This document shows, piece after piece, positions 8,902 through 17,223 of a stretch of 64,000 nucleotides of DNA. The number at the start of each line of letters is the position of its first letter. Within the stretch, counting starts at the first letter, position 1. A model generated the notes under the pieces. It made no database searches, had not been told where the DNA came from, and saw nothing but the letters and a program-made list of their open reading frames with translations. A program made the position numbers and the translations under genes. The stretch lies in the NCBI GenBank assembly GCA_913047625.1, contig CAJWUJ010000007.1, positions 495 through 64,494 on the forward strand, written 5' to 3'. Origin of the DNA: an uncultured Dehalococcoidia bacterium. GTDB taxonomy: Bacteria; Chloroflexota; Dehalococcoidia; Lucifugimonadales; CAJWUJ01.

Positions 8902-10521
8902 TTAATTTATCATCGGTTGGAACATACATCCTTCAACAAAAATATCAAAAAACTCAGGTTCCGTCTCAAGTTCAATATGGCGGATATTTGTGATTAAATC
9001 CTGTAATCCTTGCCGTTTCTTTATTGACAGCAGAAGAATTGTTGCTCCTAATAATGAGGCATTGCCACATTTTACAAAACGATTTTTGTCTATCGATGGT
9101 ATCAAACCTATAGATTGAGCATTTGGTATATTGATATAGTTTGCAAATGCTCCTGCGAGTAAAACAGTCTGTACGTTTGAAAATTGAACACCATATTTTT
9201 TAGCGGCTATATATTGACCGCAGTAATTAGCAGATTTGGCTTGAGCCAAGGCACTAAGGTCATGACGGTCAATAGTAATTCGACTCTTTTCCTCAATAAG
9301 AAACTCTTTTGAATTATTTATAAAAGCCCCAAGGGAGTTGAGCTGACCGGTCCTTCTCAGCTCTGCTATGACGTCAATTAATCCAGAACCACAAATGCCA
9401 CTTGCTGGCTGATCGTCGATTGTTTTATACCGTATAGAATGATCTTCCAATATAGCAAGGGATTCAATAGCACCGGCATATCCTGGCATACCGTGTTTTA
9501 CCTCACCGCCTTCAAAGGCAGGTCCAGCCGGACACGAAGCTGCGAGCATGCCATGTTTATTTCCAATAAGCACTTCAGTGTTGGTTCCGATGTCAATGAG
9601 CATCTGTATTTCGTTGTCCTCTGTATCCATTTTAGTTGCTATTAAGTCTGCAGCCACATCGGCTCCGATATGGCTGGCTATTATAGGTGCACCGTACACT
9701 AAACCCTGTGGGGACATTTGGATTCCCAGCTCTTTAGCGGTGGAATGTAGGGTAGTGGAGTTCCGTTTTCCTTGATTTAATTCATGTTCTGTCAGTGATT
9801 TATATGGCTTTTGTCCAATTGATTGGACGTCTAATCCAAAAAACAGGTCTCTCATTGTCGAGTTCCCTACTATCAAGACTTCATATATATGTTTACGTCT
9901 GATTTTCAGTAGTTTACAAGCATTTCTTATTTCGTGATTGAGACTTGAAATAATTGCTTTCTGAAGTTCACCCCGGAAGGGGGTAGCATCATATGAAATG
10001 CGCCTCATAATATCACTGCCACCAAACTTTTGAGGATTCTCAAACGATCCTGTGTATATAATGCCTCCCGATTCAAGATTGACAATGTTGAAAGCAACAG
10101 TGGTTGTCCCGATGTCTACTGCTATTCCGTATATAAATCCATCGTAGTCACTCAAGATGGTATTGTCTCCGTATACCTTACCGTCCTTATGTGTAATGCG
10201 TGGAAGAATTTCAAATTCTTGTGGTATATAACTCGTTAGGATTTGCCGTTGCTTCCTGGACAATCCAAAATGAATATCCGAGGAAGTTTTTTCTACTATA
10301 GCCTGACAGGCTAATCGGAAGTTTTCTTGGAGAAATAGTTCTTTCTTTGAAGGGGAATTTAGGTTTGCAGCACCATCTTTGATTTCCACAATGCATTCAT
10401 GACACCGGCCATTACGGTAGCACGATGTTGGTATTTTTACTCCCAGTAAATCTGCATGCTCAAATATTGATTTTCCGATTTGACAATCAGTCGAAACCTG
10501 TTCGAAATTAATTTGGGACAT
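8902..10521 (-). CDS. RACo-type corrinoid reductive activase (N-terminal 2Fe-2S ferredoxin + ASKHA ATPase body)
   Basis: N-terminal C-x5-C-x2-C (CYRNGRCHEC) plus a later LACQA Cys. 539 aa with ASKHA-like DIGTTT / DIGTNTE phosphate motifs. Last gene of the corrinoid operon. Confidence 0.8.
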   Translation of the reverse strand: MSQINFEQVSTDCQIGKSIFEHADLLGVKIPTSCYRNGRCHECIVEIKDGAANLNSPSKKELFLQENFRLACQAIVEKTSSDIHFGLSRKQRQILTSYIPQEFEILPRITHKDGKVYGDNTILSDYDGFIYGIAVDIGTTTVAFNIVNLESGGIIYTGSFENPQKFGGSDIMRRISYDATPFRGELQKAIISSLNHEIRNACKLLKIRRKHIYEVLIVGNSTMRDLFFGLDVQSIGQKPYKSLTEHELNQGKRNSTTLHSTAKELGIQMSPQGLVYGAPIIASHIGADVAADLIATKMDTEDNEIQMLIDIGTNTEVLIGNKHGMLAASCPAGPAFEGGEVKHGMPGYAGAIESLAILEDHSIRYKTIDDQPASGICGSGLIDVIAELRRTGQLNSLGAFINNSKEFLIEEKSRITIDRHDLSALAQAKSANYCGQYIAAKKYGVQFSNVQTVLLAGAFANYINIPNAQSIGLIPSIDKNRFVKCGNASLLGATILLLSIKKRQGLQDLITNIRHIELETEPEFFDIFVEGCMFQPMIN

Positions 10522-10530
10522 GTGTATTGC

Positions 10531-10791
10531 CTAGCTCTCCCAAGCGTCACGATAATCTAATTTATCGCTACCAGTGCATATAGGGAGGGTTTTCTCATTA
10601 CATTTAGAGGTTGTAACAACCTTTTGATTCCGACATCCAAAACGTGCGGTACATTGGTCTAATGCGTTTTTATATGGGCAACGCGACTTAGAAACTTCTG
10701 TGGCTGTATCAGCGATGCCCTGATAGATATCCCATAATTTTGCTAGACTTTCTTCAAGGGCCTTTTTTCTCTGAGGGTTACTAATATTCAT
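10531..10791 (-). CDS. Hypothetical small Cys-containing protein (86 aa)
   Basis: ORF lies between MetF and the activase, with a 17-nt gap on the MetF side and a 9-nt gap on the activase side. Five Cys in the C-terminal half (CPYK...C...C...C...C). No family recognised. Confidence 0.55.
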   Translation of the reverse strand: MNISNPQRKKALEESLAKLWDIYQGIADTATEVSKSRCPYKNALDQCTARFGCRNQKVVTTSKCNEKTLPICTGSDKLDYRDAWES

Positions 10792-10808
10792 AAGATGTAT
10801 CCATCAAA

Positions 10809-11747
10809 TTAGTTCCCCGATTTTCGGGACTTCACTTCTTTATCTAGAATGGACTCTGAAACAATTTCAGGAACCAAATGGTCTAAAAGGTATGCCATTA
10901 TGTGTACACCAGCAATTCCTTCAATGGACCTCACTTGATTGATGATATCAATGCATATTTTTTTGCCTTCCTGAATCTGGGATTCTTTTGGTGTTCTTCT
11001 AAGTAGCCCAATTGTCTCATCCGGTATTACGACCCCTGGTACGTTTTTTGTAATCCATTCAGCAGTTGCTGCGGATTTTAGCGGGCCTACTCCTACAAGT
11101 ATGTGGCATTGTTTGTCTAATCCAAGATCCCGTGCTGTTTCCATAAAGCTTTTCAATCGGGGTATATCAAAGCAATACTGAGTTTGGATAAATTGACAAC
11201 CTGCTTCTATTTTCTTTTGAAGCCTGAATGGGCGAAAATCAAAAGGAGGAGCGAATGGATTTGATGCTGCTCCTAGAAACAAATCAGGTTGATTTTCGAG
11301 TTTTCGGCCACTTAGGAAAGTACCTGTATTCTTGATGTGAGATATGGTTTGAAGTAAAGTAATGGAATCAAGGTCAAATACGGCCTTCGCTTCAGGATGA
11401 TCTCCTGTTTCAACACCATCACCGGTCAGACATAAAATATTACGTATTCCGAGTGCATGGGCCCCAATAACGTCTCCTTGAATAGCTATACGATTACGGT
11501 CTCTGCAGGATATTTGTAGGATGGGCTCAATACCTTGATCGATCATAATCTTACTTGCTGCCATACTAGACATATGACAATGTGCTCCAGATGCATCGGT
11601 GGCATTTATTGCGTCACACGAGTGTTTCAGGTGATCTAGTCTCTCAATTAGTGTTGAGTGGGTACTAGCATCTGGAGAAGAAACTTCACTGGTGATCACA
11701 AAGTCTTTATTATCAAATAATTTTTGAAGGTTAGAAGCATATGGCAT
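10809..11747 (-). CDS. metF: Methylenetetrahydrofolate reductase (acetogen-type MetF)
   Basis: ITSEVSSP...DAINATD...EPILQISCRDRNRIAIQGDVIGAHALGIRNILCLTGD matches the MTHFR barrel pattern. 312 aa. Confidence 0.85.
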   Translation of the reverse strand: MPYASNLQKLFDNKDFVITSEVSSPDASTHSTLIERLDHLKHSCDAINATDASGAHCHMSSMAASKIMIDQGIEPILQISCRDRNRIAIQGDVIGAHALGIRNILCLTGDGVETGDHPEAKAVFDLDSITLLQTISHIKNTGTFLSGRKLENQPDLFLGAASNPFAPPFDFRPFRLQKKIEAGCQFIQTQYCFDIPRLKSFMETARDLGLDKQCHILVGVGPLKSAATAEWITKNVPGVVIPDETIGLLRRTPKESQIQEGKKICIDIINQVRSIEGIAGVHIMAYLLDHLVPEIVSESILDKEVKSRKSGN

Positions 11748-11753
11748 GATAAG

Positions 11754-12179
11754 TTACCTAGTAGATGAGTGTATATCATTAAGCCAAGCCGAAGTACCTG
11801 TTAGTCTCCGATCGAGTGGCTTTTGTATAGTATAAATATCCTTTTGATGATTTCGCATCTTTTTTGATTGATCCCATGCCCGTACCCACACACATTTCAT
11901 GGTTGGTTGTATCTCACAGTTTCCGTTCTGGCGTACACCTCCACATGGTCCGTTCCTGAGATTCTTGGGACAATTCATGGGGCACACCATACCTGTTGAG
12001 TGCAATATGCACTGACCGCACATTTTACAATTAAATAGTGGTTTTTTAGTAACTGTTTCTATCCCAATAAAAACTGTACTTGTCACTCTATTTTGCCTGA
12101 ACACAGGTTTAAGTCGATGCAAAATCGAGCGGGATATTTCATAGGAGATTTCTAGCAATCTTAGTCTTGCAGTTTGCAC
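11754..12179 (-). CDS. metV: MTHFR C-terminal-domain (MetV-type) Cys-rich protein
   Basis: CKMCGQCILHSTGMVCPMNCPKNLRNGPCGG is the Cys pattern of the MTHFR_C/MetV family. GTG start. The stop lies 6 nt before the metF start. Confidence 0.75.
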   Translation of the reverse strand: MQTARLRLLEISYEISRSILHRLKPVFRQNRVTSTVFIGIETVTKKPLFNCKMCGQCILHSTGMVCPMNCPKNLRNGPCGGVRQNGNCEIQPTMKCVWVRAWDQSKKMRNHQKDIYTIQKPLDRRLTGTSAWLNDIHSSTR

Positions 12180-12269
12180 GTCTATTGCTCCATGACTTGA
12201 ATATTCAAGACGTTAGATTGGCTAATTATACGTGGCTTTTAAGGATTGGCAAAATCAACGGGAAAGTAG

Positions 12270-13001
12270 TTATTTGAGATTCAAGAGTTCCTTGGCAATG
12301 TCAACACAATCTATGGCATCCTTTCCGTAGCCATCCGCACCCATTTCGTCTGCGAAATCTTGAGTTACCGGTGCCCCTCCTACCATGACTTTGACTGCAT
12401 CACGGATTCCAGCTTCCTCAAACGCTTCTATAGTTCTGCCCATATTAGGCATAGTGGTTGTTAAAAGGGCAGACATACCTATTAAAGAAGCCTCTTGCTC
12501 TTCAATTGCTTCAATGAATTCTTCAGGTTTTGTGTCTACTCCCAAGTCATGAACTACAAATCCTGCTCCTCGAAGCATCATTATACAAAGGTTTTTGCCA
12601 ATATCATGAAGGTCTCCCTTGACTGTTCCCATAATCACTATGCCTAGGGGAGGTATGTCGGAGGCTGAAAGAATAGGCTCGAGATGGGCCATACCGGCTT
12701 TCATAGCTCGTGCTGAAATGAGTACTTCGGGGACAAAAATAATATTGTCGCGAAACTTTATGCCAACAATAGCCATCCCGGCTATTAAACCATCGTCTAG
12801 GATAGTATTAGCTTCATAGTTTTCATCTAAGGCTTGTTTGGTAAGCCGATCAACTGTTTCGTTGTCACCGCAGATCAATGCGTACGAAACCTGCTGCATA
12901 AGGGCATCAGTTTTCTCCAACATTTTAGTGATATGTTGGAGTTCGTCCTGTTTTGATATATGGGTTAATTCCTCTAGAAGACCTTTGTTGGTAATTGGCA
13001 T
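12270..13001 (-). CDS. Corrinoid (cobalamin-binding) protein
   Basis: DLHDIGKN (DxHxxG), SALLTTT and GGAPV motifs of the B12-binding Rossmann domain, preceded by a helical cap domain. 243 aa. Confidence 0.9.
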   Translation of the reverse strand: MPITNKGLLEELTHISKQDELQHITKMLEKTDALMQQVSYALICGDNETVDRLTKQALDENYEANTILDDGLIAGMAIVGIKFRDNIIFVPEVLISARAMKAGMAHLEPILSASDIPPLGIVIMGTVKGDLHDIGKNLCIMMLRGAGFVVHDLGVDTKPEEFIEAIEEQEASLIGMSALLTTTMPNMGRTIEAFEEAGIRDAVKVMVGGAPVTQDFADEMGADGYGKDAIDCVDIAKELLNLK

Positions 13002-13080
13002 AACAATATTCTGTTCCTTCTTACTGCCTGACTAAAATACCCTTTATTTGTGCATAAAACAAGGTTAGAAACTGAACGTT

Positions 13081-14103
13081 CTATAATTTATTGGAGCGGA
13101 AAGCCTGAAGATACCGTACGCAAAACTCATCGTGTCCCATTAGCATATCAGCAGCAATTGCCGCACTAGGGTCATTTAGATCAAGTGCTAATATTTCTTC
13201 GATACTTGTTTGCACTGGGTCGATTATGCCTCCATCTGCTCCGTTTTGAATGGCCAGCTTGGTAAAGACCGCATTGATAAGTTTGCGCTTTGGTAACCCG
13301 AATGATATGTTGCTAAGGCCGCCAATTATATGAATTTCCTGTCCGAATTCCTGACGCAGATCAGCTACTGCGTTCAGGTAGTCTGTGCCAAAGGTGCTAT
13401 CTACAGAAATAGGGAATACCAATAAATCTACGAAAATATCTGAAAGCTCTATATTTCTCTTTAATGCTTCCTCTATCATAGCCTTGGCGTTTTGAACCCT
13501 TTCTGCTGAATTTGACGGCATACCTTCTCTGCCAGCAGCTGTTACAACCACTTGCGCGTTATGTTCTCTCACAAGATCCAGCGTATCAACCCTCTCGAGA
13601 GCAGCGGAGTTGATTAGAGGCCGGCCTAAAACCCCGTTGTATTTGTTAAGACCTGCTTGGATGATATCGGTACTGGAAGAATCAATGCTAGGAGGAGTGG
13701 AGGCAATTTCTTGATAGAGGTCAACTAACCATTCCATTGCAGCAATTTGTGTTGGTTGCTTGTAGGAAATTTCATCGATATTAAGATCGAGAAAATGCAC
13801 ACCTTTGAGTTCCTGCGCTAAAATCTCTGATTGAAGAAAACTCACTGCCTCTTCAGAACCAGACATGCCACTTTCTATTGCCAGCATCATATGCTTAATA
13901 TGGCCTTGCTGGTAGGATTGTTTCTCCTTGTGGGAGTCAGTGACTAGTATGTAGTCTTGATTGCCTTCCTTATTTATAAAAGAAACGACTTCGGTGCCAT
14001 TACTTAAAGTAGCGGATCTTTTCCCGTTTCTTTTGACTACCCTTGTTGTGTGTATATTTTCTCCGATGATAATGAACTTGTTGATATCTTTTGCGTAGTT
14101 CAG
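13081..14103 (-). CDS. Methyltetrahydrofolate:corrinoid methyltransferase (pterin-binding domain); start revised upstream to CTG
   Basis: The AMEWLVDLYQEI...IDSSSTDIIQAGL...PLINSAA pattern resembles AcsE/MeTr. The frame is open upstream of the track's ATG (13890) and encodes KFIIIGENIHTTR, the family N-terminus. There is no ATG/GTG/TTG there; CTG at 14103 lies 10 nt after AAGGAG. Confidence 0.75.
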   Translation of the reverse strand: MNYAKDINKFIIIGENIHTTRVVKRNGKRSATLSNGTEVVSFINKEGNQDYILVTDSHKEKQSYQQGHIKHMMLAIESGMSGSEEAVSFLQSEILAQELKGVHFLDLNIDEISYKQPTQIAAMEWLVDLYQEIASTPPSIDSSSTDIIQAGLNKYNGVLGRPLINSAALERVDTLDLVREHNAQVVVTAAGREGMPSNSAERVQNAKAMIEEALKRNIELSDIFVDLLVFPISVDSTFGTDYLNAVADLRQEFGQEIHIIGGLSNISFGLPKRKLINAVFTKLAIQNGADGGIIDPVQTSIEEILALDLNDPSAAIAADMLMGHDEFCVRYLQAFRSNKL

Positions 14104-14117
14104 TTTGGATGATCTCC

Positions 14118-15149
14118 TTAATGTGTTTTATGCCATTCTTTAACAGCTTCCGGTATAGCTAGTAAGTTTTCCAGTTTAGTTGCTAAAGGAATAGCACATT
14201 CAGGCGCGATTAGATTCATTCCTGCATCTAAGCAATTGAAAACAGCTTCTCGGATATCTTCAGGATTTTTGGAATACAATAACTCTGGATTGTTGAGGTT
14301 ACCTACTAATCGAATTTTCCCATCTGCTATTTCCATTGCTTCATGAGGATCGTTTTTAGAGTCTATATGAAATGCTGCCATGCCTGTTTGAGCTATGTAT
14401 CCTAGTCGATCTACTGTTTTCCCGCAAATATGAAGAATAAGAGGACATGGGATTCTCTCCTCCATTTCTTGATGGAGTTCCATGAGGAATTTTCGGTAAT
14501 ATTCCCCACTGACAAGATCGCCCGTGGCATGATCGGGAAAGGTTAAGGCATCCGCACCGGATTCGATTTGCGCTAGGGCAAATGCCACAGAAATTTCCTT
14601 TAGTTTGTCGAGGCATCGTTTAGTTTTATCTGGATCATCGATGCTCATAAGAAGAAACTTTTCCACACCGAACACGTGATATGCAAGCGTCCATGGACCC
14701 ATTGATTTACCTATAACGGCTACTTGGTCACCGTATTCTTTTTGAAGAATCTCCAGTGATTTCAAGACCACTACAATATCTTTGTGTGACCAGAACCCTT
14801 GAGGTATGTGTACGTCTTCAGGACCAGACCAAATTGGATTGTACATTCGTACTGTGGGCCAGTTGTCTTTTGTTTCCCACTGCATTTCGCATCCGAGTGC
14901 CGACGATTCTTGTATAATTGAAAATACTGGCATAATGCTATCAAAGCCGAGTTCAGTGTAACCAGTAGCGGCTAAGCGGGCGTTCATTTCTGGATCACGA
15001 TTGGCTTCTGGAAAAGGAGCTTTGACTAAGTCCATTAATTCCACAGTTGCAACATTTGTAGGATTTGACACTGGTGTGCGGTCAACAGGTTTCCCAGCCA
15101 AAGCATTTAGAACGCGTTCTCTAGGTTTCATTGTTTCTACTAAAGTCAC
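14118..15149 (-). CDS. MtaA/CmuA-like methylcobamide methyltransferase (uroporphyrinogen decarboxylase family)
   Basis: N-terminus KPRERVLNALAGKPVDRTPV. Zinc-ligand contexts LHICG and ECAIP. GTG start 4 nt after GGGAGGA. Confidence 0.82.
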   Translation of the reverse strand: MTLVETMKPRERVLNALAGKPVDRTPVSNPTNVATVELMDLVKAPFPEANRDPEMNARLAATGYTELGFDSIMPVFSIIQESSALGCEMQWETKDNWPTVRMYNPIWSGPEDVHIPQGFWSHKDIVVVLKSLEILQKEYGDQVAVIGKSMGPWTLAYHVFGVEKFLLMSIDDPDKTKRCLDKLKEISVAFALAQIESGADALTFPDHATGDLVSGEYYRKFLMELHQEMEERIPCPLILHICGKTVDRLGYIAQTGMAAFHIDSKNDPHEAMEIADGKIRLVGNLNNPELLYSKNPEDIREAVFNCLDAGMNLIAPECAIPLATKLENLLAIPEAVKEWHKTH

Positions 15150-15159
15150 ATTATCCTCC

Positions 15160-15834
15160 CTAAACTTGGGAAAAACCCAGTGTTTGTGTGGTTAACTGAC
15201 CACGCATATTATCCGACTCTAGTTGGTCTTCCACCGCGGATATGTTTTTGGCATAGGGTAAAATCAGTCGAACTAATTTGTCATGTCGTTTTCGAGATGG
15301 AAAACATGCGGAAATATTATCAATTTCTTCCAGACTACCAAATTTAGATAATCCGCGGATTACTGCCCTGATTCTCATGGGAATATTTTTATATTCACCC
15401 TCGGAACTGATTGTGTATTTCCATCCGTCGGCTGTATTCTCGGGAGTTGCAATAATAGTCAAAGGACTTTTTGTATCGCGTACCTCTATCCGTCCTTTGT
15501 TGAGGGAAAATCCGTAGGGTTTTTCTACTGCTAACCTGAATGCAAATTTCAATGGACTTATCGGAATGATTTCATCGGGAAATGTGAGTTGGTTGGGGGA
15601 GTCTTTAATGGATTTCATATCCGTTAAGCTAACTAACTGTTCAGTGATTTGAATGAGCCTTTCTTGATATCCTTCTGCCCGGTGGAATGTCCAAACAGTA
15701 AAGGTCTTATTTTTTAGATACAACGCTACTGACATGTCTTCAAAATGGGGATCCATTGGAATAAGACTTATGCATTTACCATAATCATGCATAACCTGCA
15801 AGACAGACTTAACATTCACTGATTCTGATTGCAT
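15160..15834 (-). CDS. Hypothetical protein (224 aa) embedded in the corrinoid operon
   Basis: The ORF starts 2 nt after the upstream stop (TAA-GG-ATG) and ends 10 nt before the MtaA-like start. No motif recognised. Confidence 0.7.
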   Translation of the reverse strand: MQSESVNVKSVLQVMHDYGKCISLIPMDPHFEDMSVALYLKNKTFTVWTFHRAEGYQERLIQITEQLVSLTDMKSIKDSPNQLTFPDEIIPISPLKFAFRLAVEKPYGFSLNKGRIEVRDTKSPLTIIATPENTADGWKYTISSEGEYKNIPMRIRAVIRGLSKFGSLEEIDNISACFPSRKRHDKLVRLILPYAKNISAVEDQLESDNMRGQLTTQTLGFSQV

Positions 15835-15836
15835 CC

Positions 15837-16739
15837 TTAACAGAGTCCTTTCTTATCTAGAAGATCTCTTAGCATTTCAATATGTTTTGGGGTAACTCCA
15901 CAACAGCCCCCTACAATCTTAGCACCTCTTTCAATTAAAGAGATGAAATACTCTGCCATGTACTCTGGCTCTTCATTATATACTACCTCTTTCCCTACAA
16001 TTTTTGGTATTCCTGCATTGGAGTGAATGAGAATTGGCTTGGAAGATGTTCTCCTAAGTAATTCGAAAATCTCTGTCATTTGGTCAATTCCGTTGCCGCA
16101 GTTAGCACCTAGAACAGCAACATTAGTATTTGAAAGTGCTGTTACAGTTTGATCAGGCGTGACGCCCATCATCGAAAAATAACCTCTTGGCCCCTTATCA
16201 AATGTCATCGTAGCAAGTATTGGCAGTGCAGTTGATTTATGGATAGCATCAATAGCGATTGTTATTTCATCGAGTGATGTCATCGTTTCTACGAGAATAC
16301 CGTTTGCGCCTCCCTCTTCAAGTGCTTGGGCTTGTGCTGCAAATGCATCATACATTTCTTCATGACTTACGTTTCCTAATGGCTGAAGAAATTCACCAGA
16401 GGGACCTATGGACCCTATAACCCATTGATTTTCCCCTGCTGCCATACGACCTAGACTTGCTGCTTCTCTATTGATTTCGTGTAGTTGTGATTCTACCCCG
16501 TATTTTTTTAGCATAAACTTGTTGCCACCGAATGAATTGGTGAGGACCATATCCGACCCAGCATCGAAGAAACTCTTAGCCATTTGCCTAATCACAGTGG
16601 GTTGTGTGAGGTTGAGTTTTTCGGGACTGTCTCCAGGTTCCAATCCGTGGCTTTGAAGATAAGTTCCAATTCCTCCATCTGAAATGAAATAGGGAGATTT
16701 TGCTAGATGATCAAGGAAATTTAAATATTGCTCAGTCAT
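15837..16739 (-). CDS. Homocysteine S-methyltransferase-domain protein (MetH Hcy-module-like)
   Basis: FISDGGIGT, LGANCGNG and VGGCCGVTPKHI (three-Cys zinc site). Start placed at ATG 16739, which forms an ATGA overlap with the upstream stop; the track's 16757 is the alternative. Confidence 0.85.
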   Translation of the reverse strand: MTEQYLNFLDHLAKSPYFISDGGIGTYLQSHGLEPGDSPEKLNLTQPTVIRQMAKSFFDAGSDMVLTNSFGGNKFMLKKYGVESQLHEINREAASLGRMAAGENQWVIGSIGPSGEFLQPLGNVSHEEMYDAFAAQAQALEEGGANGILVETMTSLDEITIAIDAIHKSTALPILATMTFDKGPRGYFSMMGVTPDQTVTALSNTNVAVLGANCGNGIDQMTEIFELLRRTSSKPILIHSNAGIPKIVGKEVVYNEEPEYMAEYFISLIERGAKIVGGCCGVTPKHIEMLRDLLDKKGLC

Positions 16740-17098
16740 TGTGTTTCCTTTACCCAATGATCAATCGATCCAGGCGTTCCTAACCTAGAACCAGACTTAT
16801 GAAGATCACGAATACGTTTGACAAAATCTTCAGGAAAATTACAGTTGAATTTATTACTTAAATGGCTTGTAGTTTCTGTCGCAGTCTTGTTAAATTCTTG
16901 CCAGTTACCCCATATCCATGAATTTAGATATTCGTCGGAGGTAATACTTTGATCGAACATAGCAATAGCATCTACGGCTTCTTGAAATTTGGGAGCTAAA
17001 GGAACTGATACAGTTTGTTGATTGTCGGATACCTGGAATTGAACTGGTATTTCCTTCCAGTATAGGATTCTGGCTTTGGCCTTTGGTGATTTGTTCAT
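16736..17098 (-). CDS. Small conserved protein, possibly 'virulence factor' domain family associated with MTHFR/corrinoid clusters
   Basis: ILYWKEIPVQFQV...KFQEAVDAIAM resembles that family from memory. Start taken at ATG 17098, the first ATG after a TATAAT at 17138-17133. The track's GTG 17236 would overlap the divergent gene. Confidence 0.5.
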   Translation of the reverse strand: MNKSPKAKARILYWKEIPVQFQVSDNQQTVSVPLAPKFQEAVDAIAMFDQSITSDEYLNSWIWGNWQEFNKTATETTSHLSNKFNCNFPEDFVKRIRDLHKSGSRLGTPGSIDHWVKETQ

Positions 17099-17223
17099 TG
17101 TTTGTCTCTGATCGTAGATACTGTGTTCATCCATTATAGCAAAAACTAGTGCTACTTCCTTGTGATAGTATGCAGTTCTAAGAATGAGGCATATCCTAGC
17201 TTTATATGTAGAATAATTAAGGA

